Source: Eledone cirrhosa
Lineage: Eukaryota
Length of the DNA: 64,000 nt
Assembly: GCA_964016885.1 (NCBI GenBank)
Contig: OZ024745.1
Location: 63,426,001-63,490,000, forward strand
Direction of reading: 5' to 3'
Of this stretch, positions 1 to 14,638 are shown in pieces; within the stretch, counting starts at the first letter, position 1, and each line of letters opens with the position of its first letter. Made by a program: the position numbers and the translations under genes. A model generated the notes under the pieces. The model did not search any database. It saw only the letters and a list, made by a program, of their open reading frames with translations, and was not told the origin of the DNA.

Positions 1-1040
1 TATTATGCGACCATGTTAAGTGTTGTGGAAAAGGAAAACTTCACCGCGTGGCGGTTGAAAATTTCGTGGTATTTGTTCGACGGCGGGAAGCACTCATCTA
101 ACGCTTGGAAAAAAAGCCCTGGCACGTTGCTGCGTACATGCTTAGAGTATGGCGCGTTAAACCATGTAACGGCCTTACATCTAGTCTTGTTCTTTCGTGT
201 GTGTGTGTAGACGTGTGAGTGTGGCCTGGGTCTGATGTCCGTCTCGGGTTTTGCCCGCCCATAATTACGTCTCTTATGTTGTCTCTATTTGTGTGCCCGC
301 TGTGGGCGTCAAGGTTGTGCCTATCACTTACTAAGGTATTCCGTTCTATATTGTCGGTTCTACTGTTAGTCACTTTAAAGCTTTGTGGTGCTGCAGTCGG
401 GGCTATACCACTACTACCAGGCGGGTGCTCTTTCTATCGGGTGCCACGGCCGTACTTGTCGTTACCCTGTCCCTAGTCCCATTTATCGCGATGCATGTAG
501 TGTGCGTGCCGGGCCCATGCCTATGTGTACTTGGTGGTCTAGCTCCCAAGCGTGCCTCCGTCCGTCCTACTGTCGGTCCCGTGTCATTAAGGTGAACTGT
601 GTTGCTACTCGTGTTCTTAGAGACTAGTACCGGATCATTTCTCCTACCTATGGAAGTGCCCCCGTTATTGCCGTATCTGCTTGCCTCGGCGCTAGGCTCT
701 TCCCTGTCTGGGGTGTACACTATACTATCTGTGTAACCGGCCCTGCGCAGTGCCTCATTGCAATAGTCGGCGTGCTGGTTGAACACGTCTGCTTTGGCCG
801 ACAGGGTGGATACGCGTTTTGATACCCCTTTAACTATCGCTTCTATGACTGACCTGGGGTGGTTAGATTGCCTGTTCACATATTGCAGGTTCTCATTGGG
901 CTTGTGATAAGGTCGGTGGATGCCCGTATTCATTTCCAAGGTAACGTCCAGGAAATTGACCGTCTTAGTACTAGGATCTATCGTCACGGATAAGCCGTGT
1001 TGCTTAAAAAAATGCGCTATGCGCTTCCTCATACGCTCCA
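1..1040 (-). mobile_element. Penelope-like element fragment (RT thumb and linker), degenerate
   Basis: Minus ORF 403-1056 has TVNFLDVTLEMNTGIHRPYHKPNENLQYVNRQSNHP. Minus-strand translation of ~1-180 gives VTWFNAPYSKHVRSNV...LDECFPPSNKYHEIFNRHAVKFSFS, the PLE linker motif (WFNPP...HKIFNR). Homologous to the PLE at 42.8-44.6 kb. Confidence 0.85.
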
Positions 1041-1222
1041 GTTTCGATATCCCCATGGAGTCGAGCGATTCGGCGCAGGTGACCGATCTGGTAACGATAT
1101 ATCTCCTCTATAGGTTAGCGGAGGAGATCCCAGGGATCGACGGAGGAATATACAGAGACGAGGTACTTTTCACCTTCCGTTCCCTAAACCCCAGCCAGAT
1201 GGAGCGTATGAGGAAGCGCATA
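1041..1222 (+). mobile_element. Inverted 5' segment of the same PLE (RT motifs 4-5)
   Basis: Plus frame reads FDIPMESSDSAQVTDLVTIYLL...GGIYRDE...MERMRKRI. The protein continues on the minus strand as LERMRKRIAHFF. 1200-1222 is the exact reverse complement of 1018-1040. Confidence 0.8.
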
Positions 1223-1804
1223 TGTGTGTGTGAGTGACTTGTGAAATACCAAACCCATCATGAATTCATTGAAGTGTGTCGGACGAAGAGTAGCTGATGG
1301 GCAGTATGGCAGCAAATATTGGCCAGAATTCATGATGACATAGAAAAATAACAGCCAACAGCAGGACAAGCGAGGAAGATGTTTTTTGAAGCTAAAACCC
1401 TAGTGAGAATATTTGTTCCGAAGTTATTGGAAGTGTCCGACGAACCTGCAGTTCCAGAATCAGACATATCCATATAATGATCGTGTCTCGAGCTGTCTGC
1501 CGGTGAAACAATTGTAACACACAATAAATTGAGTCCTGATGCATCACTGATTTTACGTTTTATATTATATCAAACTCTGTAAGAATAGAGAGTGCTTAAC
1601 TGGCATACCGTCTATGGAAGCATCATAGCTACCATTAAACGCACATATATATATATGTATATATATGTATATATTTGACCAGAGACAGCGAGCTTTTCAG
1701 TGCATGGAATCCAGTCCCCGCTAGTTGTTCCATCTACCGAATTATTATTATTTTTATATGAGTCCCCAGTGTCCGCGCATTGCCTGGAGACTTAGCTGAG
1801 AATA

Positions 1805-1886
1805 GACTCCCTGATGACGCAATGAATTCTCGACAGTTTATTACGTAACTGTCTTTATCCCATTGCAGAAACTAATTAGTTGAATT
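1805..1886 (+). ncRNA. Hammerhead ribozyme-like motif, extended helix II, weak helix I
   Basis: CTGATGA 1811-1817; GCAATG...CATTGC helix II enclosing a GACAGTT/AACTGTC hairpin; GAAA 1868-1871; palindromic CTAATTAG then TT. Confidence 0.55.
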
Positions 1887-2091
1887 GAAAATTTTAGTAA
1901 GTAAGTTAATTTTTTTAAGTTTTTAAAATTTTCTTATTTTACGTCTTTTATATTATTGTTCTGCATCCTCCTGCATTGAACCACCTAGGTACTATGACAT
2001 AACCTGTGTATTTGCTAGCATTAGCGTACATCTGTACGCATATGTTAGTAGATATACTAAATTCTCTGTATATATATATATATATATAGTT

Positions 2092-2169
2092 ACAAAGTGT
2101 TAAAACGTTCAAATTTTAGTTTAGAACATATATGTTCTAAACTAAAATTTGATCGTTTTAACACTTTGT
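2092..2169. repeat. 78-bp palindrome (1 mismatch) next to (TA)n
   Basis: ACAAAGTGTTAAAACG...AGAACATA|TATGTTCT...CGTTTTAACACTTTGT, centre 2130/2131. Confidence 0.95.
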
Positions 2170-2324
2170 TTTCGGCTCTGTAAAACACTTGAAAATTTGC
2201 ATTGAGCCTTTTGTCATACCGGTAACCGACTAGTACTTAGTACTACCCTACACATTTATAGTTAAATCAAAGATATATAAATATAAATATTCTTATTACT
2301 ATATATATATATATATATATATAT

Positions 2325-2770
2325 TAGGGTGTTTCAGAATCCAACATTTTACACAAAAGTATTCTTTTCCTAACTCTCTATGCATTTTCTCATGCCATTT
2401 TGTATATTATCAATTTATAATGTAATTTTGATTATTTCAGTATAATTTAAGCCTCGCCAAATAGTTGCAAATTGGCATAATAATGGCGGAAACCAGTGGG
2501 CCTAGTTGTAGCTACTCGCCTCGTTGTGATAATCGAGAAATATGGCTCCTGGGGCAATATGTTACATCCTTTTCACCAAACAAAATACCAACAAAGGGGT
2601 ATGTTCTAAGATATTTCTTATTCCTGAAAGATGGTCCTATGAAACACGAAAAGCATGTGAGCTTCAATGGTGATATTGCGGATAGGCTTGTGATGGAAGT
2701 AGTTAGTCAGTGGGAAAAAGCTGGTGTGGCGACTCAACGAAAAGACAAAGTGAAACTGAAAATTATGAAC
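2325..2770 (+). mobile_element. 5' end of a hAT-like (hATm-type) DNA transposon with transposase N-terminus, truncated by (TA)n
   Basis: Begins TAGGGTG at 2325; splice acceptor ttatttcag at 2440; ATG 2483 gives EIWLLGQ...[13 protein letters not shown]...[19 protein letters not shown], matching the N-terminal KLP(T/S)...W.KA.IPT pattern of such transposases. Confidence 0.6.
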
Positions 2771-2783
2771 ATATATATATACA

Positions 2784-2851
<68 letters not shown>

Positions 2852-2886
2852 TATATACACACACACACACACGTATACACACACAT

Positions 2887-2941
<55 letters not shown>

Positions 2942-3005
2942 AGCTGTCTCGGCGGCCTAGCTGGAAGAAACGTAGACGGTGTCGATCTAGGTCAGTTTTT
3001 GGTGA

Positions 3006-3122
3006 AGGCGCGTGGCTGAGTGGTTAGAGAATGGGATTCAGAATCGTGAGGTTGTGATTTCGATTCCCGGACCGGGTGATGCGTTATGTCCTTGAGCAAG
3101 ACACTTTATTGCACGTTGCTCC
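3006..3122 (+). mobile_element. tRNA-derived SINE, 5' part (second family)
   Basis: Box A TGGCTGAGTGG; box B-like TTCGATTCC; followed by GTCCTTGAGCAAGACACTTT. Confidence 0.7.
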
Positions 3123-3171
3123 TTCTACCTGGAGTTGCGACCGATAGATAGTATTAGCAATATATATATAC

Positions 3172-3219
<48 letters not shown>

Positions 3220-3699
3220 GTACTTACCTTGAATTTTTGTTATGTCTTTGTTACTCTAAATATAGTTTTTAAAGAATTCCCTTTTCTTTGAATCCATGAC
3301 CTCCACCCAACCCAATCCACAAACTTTCCTACCACCTGAAAATGTATAAAGACCACAATATTACTTGGACAGTCGACTTCATGATGATATCTCCCGAATG
3401 AAATCGTTCTAGTCCTGTAGAAGCCATTTTTATATTAAATATTTACACTCTCCTATGTATTGAGTACCTTACTTACTGTGGTTAACCTGGATTGAACCCG
3501 GGATAAAATATATATATGTATATATATATATGTGTGTGTGTATGTATGTGTGTGCGTGTGTGTGTAGGCGAACTAATTGGTCTAATTGGTGGTGCGAATA
3601 ACACTAAAATATTCAAGAAAGTGTTATCATCAAGCAAGGAATGTTGTCATTTAAGTGGGTGTATTATATAAATAGAAGGATTTTCTGCATGATAGTTCT

Positions 3700-4160
3700 G
3701 AGAGACCATTATACTAAATGAATTGGGAATAGTGCATTTAACCAAAACAATTATGTTCCTGAATCAATAACAAACCTGAATCATTTTTATCTAAAAAACA
3801 ACATCATAAAAGCAATTACCGTGATGTATTAGTTCAACAATCTAAACGGCTTAAAAGTGTATTCTCTCATTGCCAATAATTTCTTGATTGACAAACATCT
3901 TTGCACGGTTCACAAATATCCCTAGCTGTTTTGTAAACAAAAAGTAATTATAAGCTACAATTGTCGGATAAATCTGGGTAACATCATCTATTCCATTTGC
4001 ACCCACAATCCTAAAGAGGATTTCATAAGTATTTCGCAGTAGAATGCAACTTGTGAATAGTAATACAGAAATTCTGTAAACCTAATGGTTTTCTGTAAAC
4101 CAAAGAGAATGTTCTTGAATACAAGTCCATCTAAGGTATGGAAAACGCTGTAAACTAATC
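3700..4160 (+). mobile_element. Highly decayed PLE remnant (linker into GIY-YIG)
   Basis: 3885-3990 translates LIDKHLCTVHKYP*LFCKQKVIISYNCRINLGNII, similar to PLE LIDKHF...HKIFN...KISYSC. Confidence 0.5.
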
Positions 4161-4287
4161 AATGTTCATACAAGAAAGTAGATTGTGCATTTGTGGTGTG
4201 GTTGGAAGAGGTAAAAGAAGGAAATAAAGGCTGTAAATTCTTTTTCCCCTCTTTCGTTCTCTCAACCTCTTCATATCTCTATCTCAC

Positions 4288-5516
<1,229 letters not shown>

Positions 5517-6051
5517 ATATAACTGCTCTGTAGAACAACTGATGTTATTACATTGAGCTATTTATCTTACTGGTAATAAGGTAGTAATAAATTACTGTCT
5601 TTCACTATTTAGGGTATAAAATATATATAACTATAAAATGTTTTAGTATATACAAAACCATAAATAGTATCCTTAATACTATATAGATATATATAAATTT
5701 GGTCGCTTTGAAAGCCTCAACAATCCAGATGGGTAAATCTCCGGGTTATAGAATCTGGTGGTGAAGAGACAGATGTAGAATGAGACGTATAGGGTGTAGA
5801 GGAACGTAGGAAAGAGCGTAAAAATAATAACATGAGATAGTTACCTTGGAAGAGATTTAATTGTCCCTATATTTCAGATTTCGCATCGATCAACTGGGGG
5901 TTTTTCCGAGAGAGAAAGTTTTTAGTCGGAGAGGAACGGTACGTGGCCTCTGTTGTCCGCCGTTTGTGTACAACTGAGATATTCTGTAAAGCGCGCGTGC
6001 GCGCGGAATAGGTGTGGTCAAGCAAAGGTCGAGGCAGTTCATCTTTATAAT

Positions 6052-6239
6052 TGTTTCTACGTTTGGCACAAGGCCAGAAATTACCCAGTGTATTACTGGT
6101 ACTTTATTTTATCGACCCCGTAAGGATGAAAGGCAAAGTTAACCTCGGCGGGATTTGAACTCAGAATGGCAAGGGCCGTAACTCTATGCGTCAAAGCATG
6201 GCGTCCGACCCTCTACCGATACTGCCAATCCACCGCCCT
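6052..6239 (-). mobile_element. tRNA-derived SINE (family 1), full length
   Basis: Box B GAGTTCAAATCCC; central GCCTTTCATCC..GGGGTCGATAAAATAAAGTACCAG (Nin-like domain); 15-bp TSD GTTCATCTTTATAAT at 6037-6051 and 6240-6254. Confidence 0.95.
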
Positions 6240-6536
6240 GTTCATCTTTATAATGGGAGTGGGATGGTGCTTCGCTGTCAATCCATTATACTACCTATAT
6301 TCAGTATTTGATACTGGCAATGTTGGTAGTCTGCCTGGTTGTCGTTTGTTGGTGGTCGGTGGATGGTGGGCGCGCTATACACACAATAACAATCGTTCGA
6401 ATGCCACTGTGTGTGTTGTTGTTTCGTTTGTTTACACCAGCCACCTCGTCTCGCTTCTCTCGGATCGGTTATTTATTTGTGGTCCTAGGCGTTTGATCCT
6501 TAACGTACCGACGGTGGGTCCTGTCGCTAGCACTGT

Positions 6537-6593
<57 letters not shown>

Positions 6594-7055
6594 TCTCGCT
6601 CTCTGTAGAATAGATAGTAGTACAGTAAAGCTAAATTAATGCAAAATATTATTTTTCTGAACATATATGTACAGTTAAAAAGTTAAATATATAATGTGCA
6701 ATCATTTAATTTTTATGACAAAGTCGTATAAGGAGTCTGAAAAATGTAATCTCAAGGAATGCATAGGGAAAACAACCTTGGCAAATTTGTCGTTGGCTGA
6801 TTACGTTTGTGTTTGGGTTTGTTGGTATGAATCCACAGCAAACCTTCGTTTTGATTGATACTTGAATAACCAACTATATGCTAATCAATAGGTAATAAAT
6901 TACGGAAGTTTGATACAATGGTGATTGGTTTTTCATACATTGTAAGGCCAGCATGTGTTAAATGTTTAAGCACGCTGTTTATAAATAGAGTAATTCTACA
7001 CTTTTTCACCTCCATCCTAGAATATTTATGCAAAGAATAAAATAGGGGAACTATA

Positions 7056-7108
<53 letters not shown>

Positions 7109-7109
7109 G

Positions 7110-7156
<47 letters not shown>

Positions 7157-7959
7157 GAAGATGATATATATCATTCATAACGATGATATGTATCATTCAT
7201 AATGAAATTAACAACTCTGACGTCTTAATAGCTGCAAAATTATAGTTGAGTATTTCTTTACTGCCAGCTGTAAATCCCTGAAAAATTAAATGATCTATAA
7301 TGTCTTCTCTTTCGGTCTTGGAGATGAGCATTCAAATGATGGAGTATCTAAGCATCCGATACAGACAGCGTAGATGTGTCTTTCGTGTGGACCTACTGAC
7401 AAGTTTGTTGGAAAGACAATAGTAACTCTGATGAGGAAAGAGTTCAGTCTATATTTATAAAGTGAGGTAGTCTCCAAACGGTAATTACTTTCCCCAATGC
7501 TTGAACGCCACCCCCACCTATTTCTCTATATTTAAACAATGGTTATTTTTTATCTAACAAAAATACGGTTGTGGCGTGCAGACGTGCTGTGGTTGACCAA
7601 TTTTCGAGTAAATATTCACACGAATGAAATAAACTTCAAAACAAAATGGTTTAATTAAACTAACTCAAGTGATTTATGCCATGAATTTGAATAATTAACT
7701 TAAAGAGGCTGGTTTTAGACACTGTGCTTTAAAATTTCGAAATTTATTGGAATCGTTCTCTACGCAGGAGACGTAAAAATAAATGTAACTGCAATTGTAT
7801 CCGGCGACTATGCTGTTGTCTGGAAGATAATTACAATTCAATTAAGAAAATATTTTAAAGCAGATTTGCATGTTGGATAGAAGATGAGAGTTTGCCTAAG
7901 GGAATTTGGTATGGAGATTTAACACTTGGTAATCACTCAGACACAAACCCAAGAAGCGT

Positions 7960-8160
7960 TTCGGGTGATACCCGGTAGGAGTATGGCTATAAAACCTGTG
8001 GAAAGGTTGTTCTTTCTTGTGTTGCACTCTGTAGTCGTTTACGAGCTTATAGCAATCAGCAATCTAGGGTTAATTATGTTGGTGTCCTCCCCGGAAGGCC
8101 TGCGGGATATTCGTGCCAGTTATTTCGTAACAATCTTGTAGGTCTGCTACTGGACTCAAA
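7960..8160 (-). mobile_element. Possible L1/Tx1-type RT remnant
   Basis: Minus translation YKIVTK*LARI resembles RT motif YKIL(A/T)K.LA.RL; otherwise heavily decayed. Confidence 0.3.
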
Positions 8161-8538
8161 CAGCACATGAGAGTGCACGTGGAACCTTATGTGTGTTACA
8201 TCTGTAGAAGAGTATTTGAAAAAAAGTCAGTTTTGCTGACTCATTGCCAATCAGCACAACGCTGCAGTTATAATATATGCGCATATATATATATATATAT
8301 GAAAATAAAATTAATGTAAACAAAATGCCAACAATAATTCAGGTATATAAGTGACTATACCATCAAGATGAAAAATATTTAATGCAAGATGAGAGGAAAG
8401 TAATACAATCTTAATTCAAAACAAATCAAAAAAAAAAAAATTTTTCCTCAAACTTTGTGTAAGTTGGGGAAAAAACAATACAATCTTAATTTAAAATAAA
8501 ATCAAGAAGTAATACTTATCCGCCAATTTGGGGAAAAC

Positions 8539-8575
<37 letters not shown>

Positions 8576-8576
<1 letters not shown>

Positions 8577-8770
8577 CGAAGGAGGTGTGGTAAGGAACCA
8601 GATGGACCATAACGCACCAGAGTACTCAATACTTAGGGTAGTAGAGTGGGTAATAGGAAAATGTTTAACCCCGTCGGCAGAGTTCAAGCCGTTTTGATGG
8701 CTATTTCTGGACTAAATTAGAATTTTTAGCGTGGTAAATAAATAGCCGAACTTTTCAAGGGGTAATTCCT
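8576..8770 (-). mobile_element. Short pLTR-like repeat abutting (TA)n; other copies at 27245-27322 and 29788-29925
   Basis: Shared sequence TACCCTAAGTATTGAGTACT...GGTGCGTTATGGTCCA..TGGTTCCTTACCACA; all three copies end on (TA)n. Confidence 0.75.
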
Positions 8771-9450
8771 TATATGGGAATATTGTAGTTGTCAAATGGA
8801 TTGGTCAACATTTCTTGTAAACACCATTAAATCTTTCATGGCAGTGGGTGGCTGAACTTACCTGTAGAACAATGAGTGGGTGGAGCCGGTCAAGCGTTGA
8901 AAGGGTATTCTATACAGCAAATTCTAAGGAGTGTGTATGACAAAGGCTAGATAGGAAACAGGCGAAAAAGGATTCTGGAGGAAAGAAAGAGGGAACGTTA
9001 TAGAATAGGTAAATAAAATGAGATTAGAAGATAATAAATAAGAAAAAAATATTTAAAATTATAAAATTGGATAGTAAAAAGTACTAACAAATTCTCTAGA
9101 GTCTAAAACAGCAGCTATATTTAGTTGGTATTGCGTTTTCGGCCAATGCTATATATAATTTACTGGGGTGGGAGTACTGGGGCTACAAAAGCCCGATGGG
9201 CTGCTTCGGGGTAGGTGAAAGGGGAAGAGGATAGGGAGTGGAAGGAAGTGATAGGAAGAGATAAAGGACGAAGAAAAGAAAAAGGAAAAAAAAAGAAGTA
9301 CATCTACCTATGTTAGCTGGGATTTCCCCTTTCTTGTTCGGCAAGTGGGGAAAAGGGGGATGTTGCCGCCATTGTCTACCCCCCACCCCACCCCCGTGTC
9401 ATGAGGGGGATTGAAGGCGAGGTAAGTCATACGCAATCGGTGTTTGCATG

Positions 9451-9485
<35 letters not shown>

Positions 9486-9686
9486 CTGGTTCAATTGTCT
9501 GGATTACTCAGTTCAGATACGTAGCACCAGCTAACGAAGAACATAACTTTCCTTTGTGTTTTGGATTTGTAAAGAGGCTAATAATCCTGAAATATGTTGA
9601 AAAAAACCTTAACTTGCATTGTTTCGTTTGTCACCCTATTCCCGGTACAAGCCTACAGCATTATATATATATATACATATATATAC

Positions 9687-9789
<103 letters not shown>

Positions 9790-10435
9790 CATATATATAT
9801 ACTGTAAATACATATATATATACAAATTTCAATTTCAGCAATATACAAATCATAATATATATATATTCAATTTATTAAGGCTAAATAGTGAGTATTCTTA
9901 CTCTAGTATTTTGCCACATTCATCCAGGGCCATCTGACAACAAATACATATATTCATGCATACTGGTGCAGTCATGATTACATACTCTATATTTATACAG
10001 ATATAACTTTATCATAAATATATATACCTTAATTACAAACAAGAGCACTAATTTCATGCAAATTAGTACGTCCATTTCAGAATAATACTGAGAGATAATT
10101 CATACATATCCCCATCTAATACCTGTTCCTGTTTAGTTTATTGAACGATATACAACTCATTTGATGAGGGTCTAATTAGATATGAAAATCGATTAAAATA
10201 TCTATCATTTTCTTTCCAATTTACAGGGAAATTCGTATTTTCTGCCTTGTTCATGCGCCTACGCTTTTGCTATGGGCATATATATATATATATATTGGAA
10301 AATGTGTGAGATTCTTGGCACAATTAAGTATATTTGAAAAATAGGAAATGAATGACTTCACTTTTAGTGTTAAAACATTTTTGATTTAATTTTATATTAT
10401 AATATTATGAGTTGGTAGATCATATATATATTTAT

Positions 10436-10710
<275 letters not shown>

Positions 10711-12280
10711 TGGGAGACGAAAGGTGCCGAATAGTTCCTGGCTGTAAGATCATCATAGAGGCCAGGTTGGAGGCCCGACCGTCGTGCTTAAGTAAGGTGA
10801 AGGTCCGCTGCAATATGTGTGTAAATCTGAGTGGTGCATATGTTGAAAAAGTCATAATTAACTGATCATCCAAGATCTTCTTTTACCCAAATCCAGGAAT
10901 ATTTATTTCAGCACCTCGTCGTATATATCCCTTTGGTATGGTCAAATAGAAATTATAAGGTCAAGTTAAGACACATCGCTGTACATTTATTTGATTTTAT
11001 GACACGTGATGTCACAAGTACACACTATGTGCTAAAACATATCTTTCGCTGCTGCATATCTGTATATTTCATTTCTGTTAATTGATTGTATTTTATTTTA
11101 TTGTTCATTTTCAAAGCTATAGCAATGTTTAATATGACCCACCAGCAGCAATAAACACAAAAAAACATTCTCCTCTCTTTTTTAATTCTTTTCCAAATGA
11201 CGCATTAATGTTTTCCCTATTATATTTGCAATTAAATAAGGAAATGATGAAGAATAATTGTCACTTGAATTGTACTGCAAAATGCATGCGGTGTATATTT
11301 GTTTTTTATAACAAAGTTGTATGTATATATATATATATGCGTATGAGATGTTCTTTATAATTTTGTATTCAGGAACTAGCATCAACACGTCTGAAAATAA
11401 ATAAATAAATAAACACGTAGAAGTATAAATATTATTTTATATAAACAAATGGGCTTGTATTATGTAACAATATTTTAAAAAGTCCTCTATGCCTAATATT
11501 TGATGAAGAGTTGTCACTATTTTTTATTTAAGCAATGCCTAATATTATTTTTTTTAAATTGACACCTTCACAATGTCATATATATATATATATATATTGC
11601 ACAAATGTGAAAAACAAATATTCTATAAGAAAGAATATGTAAATATCTTATACTTTATTCTACAAGCATTCCCTGGTGTTTATGACAGTTACGAATCTTG
11701 AATGGACTCTAAATATTCACGATATAATCGATTTTCCATGAACTATTTCCAGGCGAGTAAACGCATTTATGCAGATAAAACAGCATCTTTATATACATAT
11801 ATATGTATTATGAATAGTTAAATATATAAGGTTTGTAAGGTGAACGCTGAATATAAAAACAATATTCAAATTAGTGGTGATGGTGTCTATAGCAAGGAAA
11901 TCATATACACATATATCTATACACACATATACACATATACACATATATTTATACATGTATATATTTGTGGGGGCGGGGTATGCGTATGTGTGTTTACACA
12001 ATCATCTATTCGTTAACAGTTTAATTGGTGCTGCAGGATGCAGGTATTGGCGTAAACAAAGGTCTTTTAAAGGGACTCACCAAAAGGTGAGTGAACTCAA
12101 TGCAAATTAGTTGTCCGCTGGTGAGACCTATGTGGGTGTGAGTGCATGTGTCCGATCTTTTCGTTTATATCTTCGCTTAGTTAATTCTAAAAGAGAATAA
12201 TAGAACTATCACAGTTCTATTATAGTTAATTACTGAAGAGAATAATAGAACTATCACAGAAAACAATATATATAGATATG

Positions 12281-12332
<52 letters not shown>

Positions 12333-12419
12333 GGAGATAAGAGCAACTGACCTACGACGTAATTTATTATCACTTTCATGAGAGAATTTAAGAGAGAAAT
12401 TATGAAAGAAACAATTAGT

Positions 12420-13830
12420 CCTGTCAGAAACACGCTACCCAAAAAATGTTGACACGGATTGGATGCTTTGTGGCAGACCATTCGCAGGCTGTCTCTTGGT
12501 CCTTGTGAACAAAATTGGAGATAGCGTTCTTCGGAGGAGGGTGAAGGTAACGCGTTGAAATAGTCATTCCAACTTGCTGGCGCTCGAAACTGCGGGTGGC
12601 CAATTCCACCTGGATATTCGTGAGTAAGGCGGCGATACAGTGACCCAAAACGCCAGAAGTCTCAACAGCTACAGGCTCAACGACAAAGCTATCGGAAATC
12701 GACGATATACAGTTTGAACAGCGAGGAATGGGTTAGTTGACGAACGAAACAAGTTGCTATGGGAAATACTATTGTAGGTAGCGTCAGATATGAGGCGCTT
12801 ACGGCCGCAGAACGGGAATATCGTGATGCCATCTTGTTTTTGGCGCATTTTCAAACTGGGAAGGGAACCCTGCGGCCTTCAAGCCATGCTTTATTATATG
12901 GTAAAGAGCCTTCCATGGGATGTGGTCCTCACTGTAACGGCATATTAGTGCATGGATGCCGCAGTGGATCCATACAGGCATTAGTTGACTCCAAAGGCTG
13001 ATACACAGGGGAAAACCGATATACAAACAGAAACTATCCAGTTGAGCGCCTATTGATAACGAGGATACGGCATTAAGTCCAACATTGCTATCAGGTTGGG
13101 AGGATGACAGAAAACTAGCCATGTGTTGCTGGTCAAGCCGGTGTACAAGCCTATCCGTGGACTTGTCTCATTGGATAGCATCCCATTTTCTTTACTGGAC
13201 ATCTACAGAGAACAAGGCGAGTTGGGCGTTCACATGGTAGTGGCCGAGATACGTCCCTGTCCCAAACACCGCTTCACGTTCCCCAAACCCAGTAGTTTAT
13301 GTTATGATGTGGGTAGCCTTATTGATGATAGCACGCCTGGGGGGTATCGACGAAATAAATGCCAGCAAGGCCAGTGAGACTGGAGATCAGAGACCGGAGA
13401 CCGGGACCATAATATCTGACGTACCAGGTAGACTTTTGGCATCTCGTGTCATTAAACCGGTCGTTGCATATCTCATCTTGGATTCATATCATCATCTTGG
13501 ATTCAGGTGTGAGGATTTGAGAAAGAGTGCAGGGTAATTGCTCGGTGCACTGAGGACTGTCAAAATATTGTGCATATGCCGCTTTAATAGGCGCCAATTA
13601 GGAAGACCGAGGGTGCGTGGGTCGAATTCGAAATATCATTCCCAGTAACTGAGTCGAGTGGAGTCCAAGGTGCTTTCAATTGAATATGCGAGGGCATCCC
13701 CCATAAACAGCGAGGATGCATCTGGGATCTTTAGAGGAACAATCTGAAGCCACCTCAACCGAGAAATGTTGACCAACGACGAGTGAAGATCGAACACGCC
13801 TCGCTGCCGCCTGTGGACCTGCGTTTATTC
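12420..13830 (+). mobile_element. Probable BEL/Pao LTR-retrotransposon pol remnant, internally deleted
   Basis: Fragments in RT-RNase H-integrase order: AAEREYRDAILFL (cf. EEDRDALRFLW); GVHMVVAEIRPCPKHRFTFPK (cf. VSLVMAKSRVAP..TIPRLEL); LILDSYHHLG...ALRTVKILCICR (integrase HHCC region); RVKIEHASLPPVDL near the end. No LTRs recognised. Confidence 0.5.
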
Positions 13831-14607
13831 AGTTCTCTTTATACATGTTTCAAACAATGTATTAAGCATTTTATCGATATTTTCATAGGCGATTCAATTT
13901 ATATAATCGACTCATCCGTGTGTCAAATACTTTGGATTTTAGTCGCTACATTTAGAATGTAAATTATTAATTTGTTTCACTTACACTCATTGGACATCAG
14001 TTTGGCTGGGATATTACTTTGGATGATCTCATCCAAAGTAATATCCCTTAGATAAGATTATGTTCTTACAAACTTTTGTATTTATCTGCTTATACAGGAG
14101 CGATAAGCAGATGTATAAACAAGTGTGTAATAACAATTTACTCTCAGGAAAGCTGAGATCATATGATGCAATCAAAAACCTTACAGTTTTAGCTTTAGGC
14201 CCTACACTTCTCCAATAGTGTTATGAAAATGTATTTGTATATCTACCTTGTTCCATATATTGGCAACATAAATTTGATTTTCTTGCCATTGTTAAAGTTT
14301 CCTTTTGTGTTAGTTTATAGCACCGTTTTCTATTAGTGCTCCTACACTACCCCCATCAGAATTGTAGTAGTAGCAGTACTGGTTTATAATCATCGTCTTT
14401 CATCATTTCACATGCACACACACACACACAGTGAAGCACGCATATAAATACACACACTCATGTATATATATATACCAGTTTAGTACTGGTGTCGATCTTC
14501 CTCTATATCTCTTTCTCACTTCCATTCTCTCTCCCTCTTTTTTCCTTTTCAGGAAGAAATCTGCTGTATCCAGTCCTGAAGAGGATTGGACTCCACCAGG
14601 TTTAAGA

Positions 14608-14631
<24 letters not shown>

Positions 14632-14638
<7 letters not shown>

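Noticed and set aside
3006-3080. Possible tRNA gene
   Set aside because: Box A and box B are present but there is no closed cloverleaf, and it runs into SINE body sequence.
3372-3412. ATGATGA...GAAATCGTT hammerhead-like motif
   Set aside because: The core is altered and helix II does not pair convincingly.
5700-6540. Possible minus-strand PLE GIY-YIG remnant around the SINE
   Set aside because: Translations gave no clear motif.
9528-9600. CTAACGA...GAAATATGTT hammerhead-like motif
   Set aside because: G5 is lost and the helices are weak; at most a dead relic.
12190-12262. 24-bp direct repeat with a short inverted piece between the copies
   Set aside because: A small local template-switch scar with no evidence of function.
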